64,000 bases of DNA from Pseudomonadota bacterium (GTDB lineage: Bacteria; Pseudomonadota; Gammaproteobacteria; Burkholderiales; Burkholderiaceae_F): assembly GCA_023443095.1 (NCBI GenBank), contig JAEZVV010000071.1, positions 10,525 through 74,524 of the forward strand, given 5' to 3'. The notes beneath the pieces are model-generated. The model was not told the DNA's origin, made no database searches, and worked only from the letters and a program-made list of their open reading frames with translations. Shown in pieces: positions 1-9,642 of the stretch (its first letter is position 1; the number at the start of each line of letters is the position of its first letter). The translations under genes were made by a program, and so were the position numbers.

Positions 1-585
1 AAGGTGGTATGGGCGGTCGCGCCCGGCATCCTGGTCGGCGCTCTGATCGGCGCCCAGATCGCCGGCCGCCTGCCGACCTTCTGGATCGCGACGATCTTCG
101 CCCTTTTCGTCGGCTTCTCGGCGCTGCAGATGCTGCGCGACCGCAAGCCCCATGCTGCGCGCCAGTTGCCTGGCGCGGCAGGCATGTTCGGCGCCGGCAA
201 CGGCATCGGCTTGATCTCGAGCCTGGTGGGCGCCGGCGGCGGCTTCATCTCGGTGCCCTTCATGGTCTGGTGCAACGTGAAGATCCACAATGCAGTGGCG
301 ACCTCGGCCGCGCTGGGCTTTCCGATCGCAGCGGCCGGAACAGTGGGCTACATCATCGCCGGCTGGAACACCCCCGGCCTGCCCGGGCTGCCGCAGACGC
401 TCGGCTTCATCTACCTGCCGGCCCTGATCACGGTAGTGACCACCAGCGTTCTGACCGCGCCGCTGGGGGCCAAGGTCGCCCACTCGATGGACACCAAGCC
501 GCTCAAGCGCATCTTCGCCCTGGTGCTTTTCGTGCTGGCGAGCTACATGTTCTACAAGGCGGTGCAGGCCTTCAGCTCGCTGTAA
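1..585 (+). CDS. TauE/SafE (TSUP) family membrane transporter, 5' end outside window
   Basis: Frame is open from the window edge. Multi-TM Gly/Ala-rich sequence (GAGGGFISVPFMVW, LTAPLGAKVAH) is typical of the TSUP family. Stop TAA at 583-585. Confidence 0.75.
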   Translation, partial: KVVWAVAPGILVGALIGAQIAGRLPTFWIATIFALFVGFSALQMLRDRKPHAARQLPGAAGMFGAGNGIGLISSLVGAGGGFISVPFMVWCNVKIHNAVATSAALGFPIAAAGTVGYIIAGWNTPGLPGLPQTLGFIYLPALITVVTTSVLTAPLGAKVAHSMDTKPLKRIFALVLFVLASYMFYKAVQAFSSL

Positions 586-597
586 GCCGCTCGCGGC

Positions 598-1434
598 CTA
601 AGGCACGGCGCCGCGCGGGGCGACTTGCGGCCGCTCGAGCGCCAGCTCCCGCCACATCGACGCGGCTTCGAGCACCAGACCGCGCTGCTCGAGAGCCAGC
701 GCATACCGAGAACGCTCGGCCACGCTCGCCTTCGCTCCCGGCCGCGCCGCCTGCCATTGCGTCCGCTCGGCTGCGGACAGGAGGCTGAACTCCGCCCTCG
801 CCTCGCGCCGGGCCGAGCCATCGACCCAGCTGACCCGCCACAAATACGTTTCTTCAGCATTCAGGCGCAGCGTCGCCGGCGCCCTCCATTCGTGTTGCTC
901 GGTCTCGGCCATGGCCACCACCAGACCATCGTCGTCGATCAACTCGAACCGGAAACGCGCCGCCGGCCCCGTCCAGCGAAACACCAGGCCCTCGCCCGTC
1001 ATCACGGTGCCGCGCGGCTGCGCCAGGACCACCGTCGCCGCCGCCGCCCGCATCTTGACCGCCCCCTGCACCACCTGCTCGGGCACGAGTCGCAAGCTGC
1101 GCGAGGGCGGCGCCGGGCGCAGCTTGGCGCTCGCGCCCGGGTCCAAGGCTGCAATCCCGTCGGCGCGCACCTCGAAGCGGCCGGTGCCGCGCAAGTCCCA
1201 CACCGCGTTGGCGTAACCCGCCACCACGTTCGCTCCCGGAGCGAGTCTGAGCACCGCGCCCGAAGGCAGCGTGTCGAGCATCTGCAGCGGCGCGTTGATG
1301 TCGCCGGTGCGCAGTTCGGCCTGGCCGCGGAGATCGAGCACCACCACAACCGGCCGCTCGAGCGCGACTCCCGCCGAACTCGCACACGCCAGCACTAGCC
1401 CCAGCCAGCCGCGCCCAACCCGCCCTATCGTCAT
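598..1434 (-). CDS. secreted protein of unknown function, downstream of the CHASE2 cyclase on the same strand
   Basis: 278-aa ORF with a signal-like N-terminus (GWLGLVLACASSAG). AAGGAGG lies upstream of the ATG at 1434. It starts 83 nt after the cyclase stop. Confidence 0.6.
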   Translation of the reverse strand: MTIGRVGRGWLGLVLACASSAGVALERPVVVVLDLRGQAELRTGDINAPLQMLDTLPSGAVLRLAPGANVVAGYANAVWDLRGTGRFEVRADGIAALDPGASAKLRPAPPSRSLRLVPEQVVQGAVKMRAAAATVVLAQPRGTVMTGEGLVFRWTGPAARFRFELIDDDGLVVAMAETEQHEWRAPATLRLNAEETYLWRVSWVDGSARREARAEFSLLSAAERTQWQAARPGAKASVAERSRYALALEQRGLVLEAASMWRELALERPQVAPRGAVP

Positions 1435-1517
1435 CGGTCCCTTCCTCCTTGCTGCGCGATGCTAGCCCGCTCCCCGCACCGATGCGTGCGCGCTTGCACC
1501 TTGCCGATGCCGAATTT

Positions 1518-3278
1518 TCACGTCCGCGCACCCCAGCCCATGACCCGCACCGGGCTGTGCCCCTTCAGTTCCACATCGCCCAGATCGTCGAAACCCGCGG
1601 TTTCGATCCCAGCCTCGCTTAACGCTTCGCGCGTCAGCGCCAGCGCATACCCGCGCTCCTTGGCCACGTCCTGCAGGCGGGCCGCCACGTTCACCGCGTC
1701 GCCCAGCGCGGTGTAGTCCTTGCGGTCCGGCGAACCGAGGTCGCCGTATACGGCGTCGCCCGCGGCCACGCCCAGCGCCAGCTCCAGCGGTGGCTGCCCC
1801 TCGGCGACCAGTTCCTGATTGAGCTGATCGATCGCGGCGCACACCGCCCGGGCGGCAGCGACCGCGGCTCGCGCCGGGCGCTCGATCGCCTCGGGTGCGC
1901 CGAACATCACCATCAAACCGTCGCCGCGGAAGTTGTCTATGGTTCCGCCCTGGGCGTGGATCACCGGCGTGATCGCGGCGTAATAACGGTTGAGCAAAGC
2001 GAGCACGGTGTCGGGCGCAGCCCGCTCGGACAGACTGGTGAAGCCGCGCAAATCGGCGAACAGGAAAGCCAGGTGGCGCCGGCCGCCGCCGGCCGCGACC
2101 CGGCCGTCGAGAATCGCGCGCAGGACCTGCGGGCTGACGTAACCGCCGAAAGTCGACGTCAGCCGCCTCTGTTCGCGCCGGTGCAGGCGGGCGTCAAGCA
2201 CGGTCCGCGCCGCCACCGCGACCCCGCCCGCCAGCCAGACCGGCCCCAGGAGCAGGACCCAGCCGGCCGGGATCAGGGCCCACAGCAAGACGAAGCTCGC
2301 CAGCATCGCTCCCGCCAGGCTCGCCCAGCGGCTTGCCTGGCCACCGACCGCCGCCAGCGCCGCGAAGCTCAGCACCAGCAAGCCCAGCACCGGCCACGGC
2401 ACCGGGCGCAGGAATCCTCCCGCCAACAGGTTGCGCATGGCCTGGGCATGCACCAGCACTCCTGGCGGCGAGCTGAGCTTCGACTCCCAGGCCGCCAGGT
2501 TCACCGGCTGCGGCAGCCGATCGACAAAAGGCAGGACGCTGCCGAGCAGGACCACCCGTCCTTCGAGGCGGTCGCGCAAGCTGGCGCCATCACCGCGACG
2601 CTGGGCAGAGACCACGTCGTTCATTGGCAGGTAAGAAAAAACCGGCCCGATCGACCAGTCGATCCAGCCGGCGCCAGCCACCAGACCAAGCTTGTGGGCG
2701 GCCCGATCGATCAGGGTCGGCTCGCCACCGAGGCCCGGTTCAAAACGCCGCACGGCATGATCAGCATCGAGCGGATAAAGCGCGGGTCCGGCCGCGTCGG
2801 CGCCCGCCGCCGCCAGCAGCGGAGGATGGATCGCCTGCAGCCGGCCGCTGGCATCGGGCTCGATCGCCAGCACCAAGCCGGTGGCCCGCGCCGCCGCCAG
2901 GGCCTGCATCAGGGTCAGGTCGTAACCGGGGCGAAGCGGCTCGGCCGAACGATCGGGCAACACGATGTCGAGCAGGATCAGGCGGGGTCGGCCTGCCGCG
3001 AGTCCGGCCAGGGCGTCGGCCAACTCGCGGTGGATCAGGCCCAGGGGTTCGGCGGTGGAATCGAGCATGGCCTGATCGAGCCCGACCACGACCACTTCGG
3101 GGGCGGAGCGCGGGCCTAAGGCACGCAGGCCGTGCATGGCGGCGTCGACCATGGGAACCGACGCCCGCTGCGCCCATGGCGAGACCAGCATGGCCAGCCC
3201 CGCCAGTCCGCCCAACACGAATGCGAAAAGCGCCGCGCGCCGCAGCCGGCGCGTCAGCGCGCGAGTCTGCGCTGCCAT
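1518..3278 (-). CDS. CHASE2-type sensor adenylate/guanylate cyclase (class III)
   Basis: N-terminal TM segment, a large extracytoplasmic region, then a TM cluster. C-terminal cyclase motifs FLFADLRGFTSLSE and FRGDGLMVMFGAP. Start set at ATG 3278, preceded by GGAGGAAG. The track ORF runs on to 3911 only as an unstopped upstream frame. Confidence 0.85.
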   Translation of the reverse strand: MAAQTRALTRRLRRAALFAFVLGGLAGLAMLVSPWAQRASVPMVDAAMHGLRALGPRSAPEVVVVGLDQAMLDSTAEPLGLIHRELADALAGLAAGRPRLILLDIVLPDRSAEPLRPGYDLTLMQALAAARATGLVLAIEPDASGRLQAIHPPLLAAAGADAAGPALYPLDADHAVRRFEPGLGGEPTLIDRAAHKLGLVAGAGWIDWSIGPVFSYLPMNDVVSAQRRGDGASLRDRLEGRVVLLGSVLPFVDRLPQPVNLAAWESKLSSPPGVLVHAQAMRNLLAGGFLRPVPWPVLGLLVLSFAALAAVGGQASRWASLAGAMLASFVLLWALIPAGWVLLLGPVWLAGGVAVAARTVLDARLHRREQRRLTSTFGGYVSPQVLRAILDGRVAAGGGRRHLAFLFADLRGFTSLSERAAPDTVLALLNRYYAAITPVIHAQGGTIDNFRGDGLMVMFGAPEAIERPARAAVAAARAVCAAIDQLNQELVAEGQPPLELALGVAAGDAVYGDLGSPDRKDYTALGDAVNVAARLQDVAKERGYALALTREALSEAGIETAGFDDLGDVELKGHSPVRVMGWGART

Positions 3279-3324
3279 TCTTCCTCCCGCGCCCATTATG
3301 GCGGCTTGGAAAGCCCCGACGGGA

Positions 3325-3339
3325 CGCGGATAATCCGCG
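3325..3339. promoter_or_regulatory. perfect 15-bp palindrome CGCGGAT-A-ATCCGCG in the divergent cyclase/Crp intergenic region (candidate operator)
   Basis: Read directly from the sequence. It lies between start codons 3278 (-) and 3399 (+). It does not match the CRP or FNR consensus. Confidence 0.25.
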
Positions 3340-3398
3340 CCGAGCGACACTGCCCAACAAACAACAGTCCGGCTGCCCCCACCGGCAAGGAGAAGACC

Positions 3399-4043
3399 AT
3401 GAGCCTCACGGAGCAGCACCTGGCTGCCATCGGCGACCCGATGGTTCGCGAACTCGCCGCACGCGGACAGCTGCGCAGCTTTCCCAAAAACGCGGTGATC
3501 ATCAACGAAGGCGACAAGGGCGAGTCGTTGTTTGTGATCCTCAGCGGCCGGGTCAAGGTCTACGTCTCGGACGACGACGGTCGCGAGATGATCCTCGACA
3601 TCCACGGCGCAGGCGACTACGTGGGCGAGATGTCGCTCGACGGCCGGCCGCGTTCGGCCTCGGTGATGACGCTCGACCCCAGCACCTGCTCCGTGGTCAC
3701 GCGCGATGACTTGCGTGCCGCCATCGCCGCCAATCCCGATGTGGCGATGAGTCTCATCTCGACCTTGATCGAACGCGCCCGCGTCGCCACCGACAACGTG
3801 AAGAACCTGGCCCTGATGGACGTCTACGGCCGGGTCGCGCGCCTCCTGCTGCAGATCGCCAAGGAAGACGGCAGCGGCAAGCTGGTCGTGCCCGAACGCA
3901 TGACCCAGCAAGACATCGCCGACCGCGTCGGCGCGTCGCGCGACATGATCAGCCGCATCTTCAAGGACCTCACCATCGGCGGCTACGTGACGGTCGACAA
4001 CCGCGTCATCACGATCAACCGCAAACCTCCCGCCCGCTGGTAG
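3399..4043 (+). CDS. Crp/Fnr family cyclic-nucleotide-binding transcription regulator
   Basis: cNMP-binding beta-roll (FVILSGRVKVY, GDYVGEMSL) plus a C-terminal HTH (QQDIADRVGASRDMISRIFKDL). AAGGAGAAG lies upstream of ATG 3399. Confidence 0.9.
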   Translation: MSLTEQHLAAIGDPMVRELAARGQLRSFPKNAVIINEGDKGESLFVILSGRVKVYVSDDDGREMILDIHGAGDYVGEMSLDGRPRSASVMTLDPSTCSVVTRDDLRAAIAANPDVAMSLISTLIERARVATDNVKNLALMDVYGRVARLLLQIAKEDGSGKLVVPERMTQQDIADRVGASRDMISRIFKDLTIGGYVTVDNRVITINRKPPARW

Positions 4044-4163
4044 ACCCCGCGCGGCCTGTCCGATTTCCGACAGGCTGCAGGCCGAATGCCCGACTGCAGC
4101 GCCGCTGCCGGAACGCGATGATGCCCGTCATCAGCCGCACCGGCGGCGCGCCCAGGAGGGTCC

Positions 4164-4757
4164 ATGACGGCCTCGACGCAATTGATCTACCCCGGCCGCA
4201 ACGCGCCTTCGTGGCGGCCGGCGGCGGTTCCCGCCGTCGACAGCGCCGATGCCGTCTTCATCTTCCCCTACGATCCGGCCTGGCCGATCCGCTTCCGCAT
4301 CGAAGCCCAGCTTCTGCGGGTCGTGCTGGCCGACCTGCAACCGCAAATCGAACACATCGGCAGCACGGCCGTGCCCGAGCTCGCCGCCAAACCGATCATC
4401 GACATCCTGGTGGGCGTGTCTTCGCTCGAGCGGTTCATGCGCCATGGAATGCGGCTGGCGAGCTACGGCTACGACTATGTGCCCGCCTACGAAACCTCCC
4501 TGCCCAACCGGCGATTCTTCAAGCGGGTGGTCGACGGCGTGCGCACTCACCATGTCCATGTGGTGGAAGCCGGCGGCAAGGACTGGACCCGCTACCTGCA
4601 GTTCCGCGACAGCCTGCGGTCCAGCCCCGAGCTCGCTGCCGATTACGCCCGGCTCAAGCATCAACTGGCCTTGCGCCACCGTCATGACCGCGATGCCTAC
4701 ACCGCCGGCAAGAGCAGTTTCGTCGAACAGGCCCTGCTGACGCCGTCAGCGGCCTGA
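4164..4757 (+). CDS. GrpB family protein (UPF0157, nucleotidyltransferase-like)
   Basis: Motifs IEHIGSTAVPELAAKPIIDILV, RTHHVHV and YARLKHQLA. GGAGG lies before the ATG. Confidence 0.8.
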   Translation: MTASTQLIYPGRNAPSWRPAAVPAVDSADAVFIFPYDPAWPIRFRIEAQLLRVVLADLQPQIEHIGSTAVPELAAKPIIDILVGVSSLERFMRHGMRLASYGYDYVPAYETSLPNRRFFKRVVDGVRTHHVHVVEAGGKDWTRYLQFRDSLRSSPELAADYARLKHQLALRHRHDRDAYTAGKSSFVEQALLTPSAA

Positions 4758-4783
4758 AACCAGCGACACCGGCCGAACCAGGC

Positions 4784-5587
4784 TCAGGCCCCGGCGGGCT
4801 GGGCGCGGCGCCGGGCCCAGACGAACAGAGCCAGGCCCAGAACAATCATCGGCAGCGACAGCCACTGGCCTTGCGATAGCCCCAGGGCACGCAGCCCCAG
4901 GTAGGCATCGGGTTCGCGTGCGAACTCGGCCAGGAAGCGGGCGATGCCGTAGCCGATCAGAAACAGGGCGGCGACACTGCCGCGGGGCCGCGGCCGGATC
5001 GAATACAGCCACAGGACCACGAACAGCAGCAGGCCTTCGAGCCCGGCCTGGTAGAGCTGCGAAGGATGGCGCGGCAGGCCGTCGCCGGCCTGAGGAAACA
5101 CCATCGCCCACGGCCAGGTGCTGGCGTCGGCCACCCGCCCCCACAACTCGCCGTTGATGAAGTTGCCGATCCGGCCCGCCATCAGGCCCAGAGGAACCAG
5201 CGGCGCGACGAAATCGGCGATCTGCCAGAACGGCTTGGCACGGGTACGGGCGAACCAGAGCATGGCGAGGACCACGCCGATGATGCCGCCGTGGGCGGCC
5301 ATGCCGCCTTCCCAGACCTTGAAGATCGCGAGCGGGTTGGCAAAGTAGTAGGCCGGCTGATAGAAGAGAACAAAGCCGAGGCGGCCGCCGACGATCACTC
5401 CGATCACGCCGAAAAACAGCAGGTCCTCGACGTCACGCTTGCTCATGCCGCGCCAGGTCTGACGCGCGCGCCAGTTGCCCAGAAGCATGAAAAGCGCAAA
5501 ACCGACCAGGTACATCAGGCCGTACCAGCGCACGGCCAGAGGGCCGATCTCGAAGGCGATGGGATTGAACTGCGGATGAACGAGCAT
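4784..5587 (-). CDS. lgt: prolipoprotein diacylglyceryl transferase
   Basis: N-terminus [35 protein letters not shown] and HPSQLYQ are Lgt signatures. Confidence 0.95.
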   Translation of the reverse strand: MLVHPQFNPIAFEIGPLAVRWYGLMYLVGFALFMLLGNWRARQTWRGMSKRDVEDLLFFGVIGVIVGGRLGFVLFYQPAYYFANPLAIFKVWEGGMAAHGGIIGVVLAMLWFARTRAKPFWQIADFVAPLVPLGLMAGRIGNFINGELWGRVADASTWPWAMVFPQAGDGLPRHPSQLYQAGLEGLLLFVVLWLYSIRPRPRGSVAALFLIGYGIARFLAEFAREPDAYLGLRALGLSQGQWLSLPMIVLGLALFVWARRRAQPAGA

Positions 5588-5901
5588 GGGCGGTGGGCCG
5601 GAGCCGGGCTGATCGGAGCGGCCGCTATTATTGCGTACGAGTTCGCCGCCATCTCCTGCTCCCTCATCTCACCCCAGCCCGCAGAGCGCAGCCAGCTCCG
5701 GGGCAACTCCCAGCCCCCGCGCCGCGCCCTCCGCGGTCGACGCGCCGACGGGCTGTCGGGGCTTCCGGTTCGGCGGACCGAGGTGGGGGATAATGGTTGC
5801 GTTGCCCAGAACACGGCTCAAGAGGTTGTCCGCATGGGCGCGCGAGGGGCTCTTACTCCCGGGGCCCGCTTCCCTTCCGCGATCTCACTTCAGAAACCAC
5901 G

Positions 5902-7761
5902 ATGCCTGCATACCGATCCAAGACCTCCACCGCCGGCCGCAACATGGCAGGGGCGCGCTCCCTCTGGCGCGCCACCGGCATGAAAGACGAAGATTTCTCC
6001 AAGCCCATCATTGCGGTGGTCAACTCCTTCACCCAGTTCGTGCCCGGGCACGTGCACCTGAAGGACCTGGGCCAGCTCGTCGCGCGCGAGATCGAGGCCG
6101 CCGGCGGCGTGGCCAAGGAGTTCAACACCATCGCGGTCGACGACGGCATCGCCATGGGACACGACGGCATGCTGTATTCGCTGCCCAGCCGCGACATCAT
6201 CGCCGACTCGGTCGAATACATGGTCAACGCGCACTGCGCCGACGCCATGGTGTGCATCTCCAACTGCGACAAGATCACTCCCGGCATGCTCATGGCCGCG
6301 ATGCGCCTGAACATTCCGGTGATCTTCGTCTCCGGCGGCCCCATGGAAGCCGGCAAGGCGCGCCTGGCCAACCCCGACACCAAGGCGCTCGAGTTCAAGA
6401 AGCTCGACCTGGTCGACGCGATGGTGATCGCGGCCGACCAAGCCTATTCCGACGCCGACGTGGCCGAGGTCGAACGCTCGGCCTGCCCCACCTGCGGTTC
6501 GTGCTCGGGCATGTTCACGGCCAACTCGATGAACTGCCTGACCGAAGCGCTCGGCCTGTCTTTACCCGGCAACGGCACCGTGGTCGCGACTCACGCCGAC
6601 CGCGAGCAGCTCTTCAAGCGCGCCGGCCGCCGCATCGTCGAGCTGGCCCGCCAGTACTACGAGCAGGAAGACGAACGCGTGTTGCCGCGTTCGGTGGGCT
6701 TTGCGGCCTTCGAAAACGCGATGACGCTCGACATCGCCATGGGCGGCTCGACCAACACCATCCTGCACCTGCTTGCGATCGCGCGCGAGGCCGGGATCGA
6801 CTTCACCATGGCCGACATCGACCGCCTCTCGCGCGTCGTGCCGCAGCTGTGCAAGGTGGCGCCCAACACCAGCAAGTACCACATCGAGGACGTGCACCGC
6901 GCGGGCGGCATCATGGCCATCCTGGGCGAGCTCGACCGCGCCGGCAAGCTGCACACCGACGCACCCACCGTGCATGCCGCCACGCTCAAGGACGCGCTCG
7001 ATCAGTGGGACATCGCCCGCACCCGGGACGAGGCCGTCAGAACCTTCTACCGGGCCGGTCCGGCCGGAGTCCCCTCGCAGGTGGCGTTCAGCCAGGCGAC
7101 GCGCTGGCCCAGCATGGACCTCGACCGCGCCGAGGGCTGCATCCGCTCTTACGAACACGCCTACTCCAAGGAAGGCGGCCTGGCCGTGCTCACGGGCAAC
7201 ATCGCCCTAGACGGTTGCGTGGTCAAGACCGCCGGCGTCGACGAAAGCATCCTCGTGTTCGAGGGAACGGCGCACGTCACCGAATCGCAGGACGAGGCGG
7301 TGGAGAACATCCTCGGCGACAAGGTCAAGGCGGGCGACGTGGTGATCGTGCGTTACGAAGGCCCCAAGGGCGGCCCCGGCATGCAGGAGATGCTCTACCC
7401 CACCAGCTACATCAAGTCCAAGGGATTGGGCAAGGCCTGCGCGCTGCTGACCGACGGCCGCTTCTCGGGCGGCACCTCGGGCCTGTCAATCGGCCACTGC
7501 TCGCCCGAAGCGGCGGCCGGCGGCGCTATTGGCCTGGTGCGCGACGGCGACAGGATCCGCATCGACATCCCGAACCGCACGATCAACGTGCTGCTGTCGG
7601 ACGATGAACTGGCACGCCGCCGCGAAGAGCAGAACGCCAAGGGCTGGAAGCCCGCCCGGCCTCGTCCGCGCAAGGTGTCGGCGGCGCTCAAGGCCTACGC
7701 CAAGCTGGTCATGTCGGCCGACAAGGGTGCGGTGCGCGACCCGGCGCTGCTCGACGACTGA
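5902..7761 (+). CDS. ilvD: dihydroxy-acid dehydratase
   Basis: [27 protein letters not shown]-terminus plus the [12 protein letters not shown] and [10 protein letters not shown] motifs. Start is at the internal ATG 5902 of the longer track ORF. Confidence 0.95.
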   Translation: MPAYRSKTSTAGRNMAGARSLWRATGMKDEDFSKPIIAVVNSFTQFVPGHVHLKDLGQLVAREIEAAGGVAKEFNTIAVDDGIAMGHDGMLYSLPSRDIIADSVEYMVNAHCADAMVCISNCDKITPGMLMAAMRLNIPVIFVSGGPMEAGKARLANPDTKALEFKKLDLVDAMVIAADQAYSDADVAEVERSACPTCGSCSGMFTANSMNCLTEALGLSLPGNGTVVATHADREQLFKRAGRRIVELARQYYEQEDERVLPRSVGFAAFENAMTLDIAMGGSTNTILHLLAIAREAGIDFTMADIDRLSRVVPQLCKVAPNTSKYHIEDVHRAGGIMAILGELDRAGKLHTDAPTVHAATLKDALDQWDIARTRDEAVRTFYRAGPAGVPSQVAFSQATRWPSMDLDRAEGCIRSYEHAYSKEGGLAVLTGNIALDGCVVKTAGVDESILVFEGTAHVTESQDEAVENILGDKVKAGDVVIVRYEGPKGGPGMQEMLYPTSYIKSKGLGKACALLTDGRFSGGTSGLSIGHCSPEAAAGGAIGLVRDGDRIRIDIPNRTINVLLSDDELARRREEQNAKGWKPARPRPRKVSAALKAYAKLVMSADKGAVRDPALLDD

Positions 7762-7793
7762 ACCTGCAGCGGGCCGCGTGCCCGCTGCATCCA

Positions 7794-7821
7794 GGCCGCT
7801 CCCCGGAGCGGCTTTTTTTTT
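7794..7821 (+). terminator. rho-independent terminator of ilvD; its T-tract is the insertion site of the accessory element
   Basis: GCCGCTCC..GGAGCGGC stem followed by T9 (7813-7821). A second hairpin, GCAGCGGG/CCCGCTGC, lies at 7766-7788. Confidence 0.6.
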
Positions 7822-7844
7822 GGGTATCCGGAACCGGGGGTGGG
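7822..7844 (+). repeat. terminal inverted repeat, transposase-proximal end: GGGTATCCGGAACCGGGGGTGGG
   Basis: Matches the reverse complement of 21725-21747 at 18/23 positions. It sits directly after the T9 run. Confidence 0.55.
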
Positions 7845-7859
7845 AGAGACGCCCCGGGT

Positions 7860-9272
7860 TCAGTCGAACTCGCCCGCCTCGATGAGGTCGCAGAGCGTGG
7901 GGATGTGGGCGCCAAGCCAGCGGACTTCGACCACTTCCTCGTACCGCTCCCGTGTGGGCCGGCGGATGGTCTTGATGGCTGAGGGGGCAAAGAAGTCCAT
8001 GGTTGCCTCGGCGGGCTCCGATGGAGAGGATGGAGTCTTGACGCGCTTGCGGACCATGACGCGCTCCTCGATCTTGGCGAGATTATGGTACAGCAGCCGC
8101 GCCCGCAGAATGCGGAAGCTCTGGCCTCGGGTGATCCGATTGGAGTCCTTGATAAAGCGATTGAGCGACTCCGTGTACCCGTTGGTGAACGGGTAGTCGA
8201 ACACCGCGAAGACGTGCTGGTGCCAGTTGTCCACGTCGCAGGCGAGGCGCCTGAACCAGTGCGCCACCCGAGGGTCCAGCGTCCGCTTCCACGTCTCGAA
8301 CTCCCTCTCGGCGGCCGCGCGGCTGGGGGCATCGTAGATGTCGAAGAACGCCTCCTTGGCCGCCTGTGCGACGCCGAGCAACGGGTACTTGGTTCGCAGC
8401 CTGTCGAGAACCGCCAGTTCGCTCGGATCGAGCTTGGCTTCGCGCTTGAGCAGCAGGTGGCGCTCATCCTTGAGCGACAGGCGCTCCGTCCGCGCCTCCT
8501 TGCCCTTCAGTTCGGTCTTCCGAATGTGCTTGCGGAGCGTTTCCACGGCCTCGACCGCCATGCGCATGACGTGGAACTTGTCGGCGACGACCGGAGCGTG
8601 CGGGAAGTAGGTCGCGGCCATCTGGCGGTAGGCATTCCAGAGGTCGGTCACGACGACCTCCACCTTGTGCTTGTCCGCCATCGCCGTGAAGTAGGCGTCC
8701 AGATGCTTCTTAGTGCGGCCCGGCAACAGCTCAACGAAGGTATTGGCTTCGACGTTCGTGATCACGCCGAGGTAGCCCTTCCCGATCTTGACCTCGTCGA
8801 TCCCGAGCACGCGCGGCGTCGTAGGCATGTGCTGTGCTTCCAGCACGTGGATGCGCTCATCGACGATGTTTCGCACCGTGCGGGGATCAATCCCGGTCTG
8901 CCGGGAGACTTCCTCGAAGGTGAGGCGCAGACCGTGCTTCTCGACGAACTCGACGAGCCGCTTGGTCGCCAACCGGTCCTCGTGAATGTCCTCTAGCCGC
9001 TCGTGAAAGGTCTTGCCGCACTTGACACACAGATACCGGTGGCGCGTCAGAACGAGCTTGAGCGGCTTGCCGAACGTTGGGGTGTCGGCCACTTCCTGCT
9101 GTGAGGTGCCGTGCCCGACAAAGGCGCTGGCGCCGCAGTGGCGGCAGGCCGAAGGCGGTGCGCTCGCCTTGACGCGGACCAGCGAGTACGGGGCGTCCGG
9201 CGCCGATCCCATCTCCATGAAGCTCAGCGAGGGCAGACCGAGCAGGTCGCGCCCTCCGAAACTGTCTGCCAT
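7860..9272 (-). CDS. ISL3 family transposase
   Basis: 470 aa. N-terminal zf-ISL3-like CRHCGAS...HG. DDE_Tnp_ISL3-like core (LGIDEVKIGKG, VVTDLWNAYR, VADKFHVMRM, NGYTESLNRFIK). GGAGGG SD before ATG 9272. Confidence 0.9.
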   Translation of the reverse strand: MADSFGGRDLLGLPSLSFMEMGSAPDAPYSLVRVKASAPPSACRHCGASAFVGHGTSQQEVADTPTFGKPLKLVLTRHRYLCVKCGKTFHERLEDIHEDRLATKRLVEFVEKHGLRLTFEEVSRQTGIDPRTVRNIVDERIHVLEAQHMPTTPRVLGIDEVKIGKGYLGVITNVEANTFVELLPGRTKKHLDAYFTAMADKHKVEVVVTDLWNAYRQMAATYFPHAPVVADKFHVMRMAVEAVETLRKHIRKTELKGKEARTERLSLKDERHLLLKREAKLDPSELAVLDRLRTKYPLLGVAQAAKEAFFDIYDAPSRAAAEREFETWKRTLDPRVAHWFRRLACDVDNWHQHVFAVFDYPFTNGYTESLNRFIKDSNRITRGQSFRILRARLLYHNLAKIEERVMVRKRVKTPSSPSEPAEATMDFFAPSAIKTIRRPTRERYEEVVEVRWLGAHIPTLCDLIEAGEFD

Positions 9273-9401
9273 CGCTCACCCTCCGGCATCGAGCCACGCC
9301 CCCTTGGTCTGCCTGCGGTCGCGCTGTTATGCTGTGACTGATTGAATGCAAACCGTACGCAACTGGTAGGCGTTTTGCTTCATACTATCACCGGAGCGAA
9401 C

Positions 9402-9590
9402 ATGGCGAAAGAGTCGTCCGTCACCGTCACGCTGCGCGTGCCGGAGAGCATCAGAGAGTTGTTGCGCGCGGCTGCCGAGAAAGACCACCGCAGCATGGCC
9501 AACATGGTGGAGGTGCTGATCCTGCGGCACTGCGAGTCCAATGGAATTTCGGTCGCGCGGAAACGAACAGTGCGGGCGACAAAGGAATAG
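9402..9590 (+). CDS. ribbon-helix-helix (CopG/Arc/MetJ-like) DNA-binding protein
   Basis: 62 aa. VTVTLRVPESIRELLRAAAEKDHRSMANMVEVLI fits a beta-strand plus two helices. GGAG lies 6 nt before ATG 9402. It is the first gene of the plus-strand cargo. Confidence 0.65.
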   Translation: MAKESSVTVTLRVPESIRELLRAAAEKDHRSMANMVEVLILRHCESNGISVARKRTVRATKE

Positions 9591-9642
9591 CGGCCGAGGC
9601 TCATCGGGTGAGCTTTAGACAATCCAAACTAACCAAGAACCA

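Noticed and set aside
3279-3911. 5' extension of the 797-aa track ORF for the cyclase, running antisense through the Crp-like gene
   Set aside because: The upstream part has no cyclase or CHASE2 features and overlaps a well-supported gene on the other strand. ATG 3278 has a GGAGGAAG Shine-Dalgarno and is followed by a typical basic and TM N-terminus.
9273-9400. Search for a second terminal inverted repeat just upstream of the transposase start, which would define a conventional 1.5-kb IS
   Set aside because: Only a weak resemblance is present (GCCACGCCCCCTTGGTCTGCC versus the CACCCACGC..TTCCG unit), and the terminal GGGT.TCCGGAA dodecamer is absent. It is kept as the alternative hypothesis in the transposon finding.
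9342-9401. Upstream start (track ORF 9342) for the RHH gene
   Set aside because: The first 20 codons have no SD and add a hydrophobic non-RHH leader. ATG 9402 has GGAG at the proper distance and starts right at the beta-strand.
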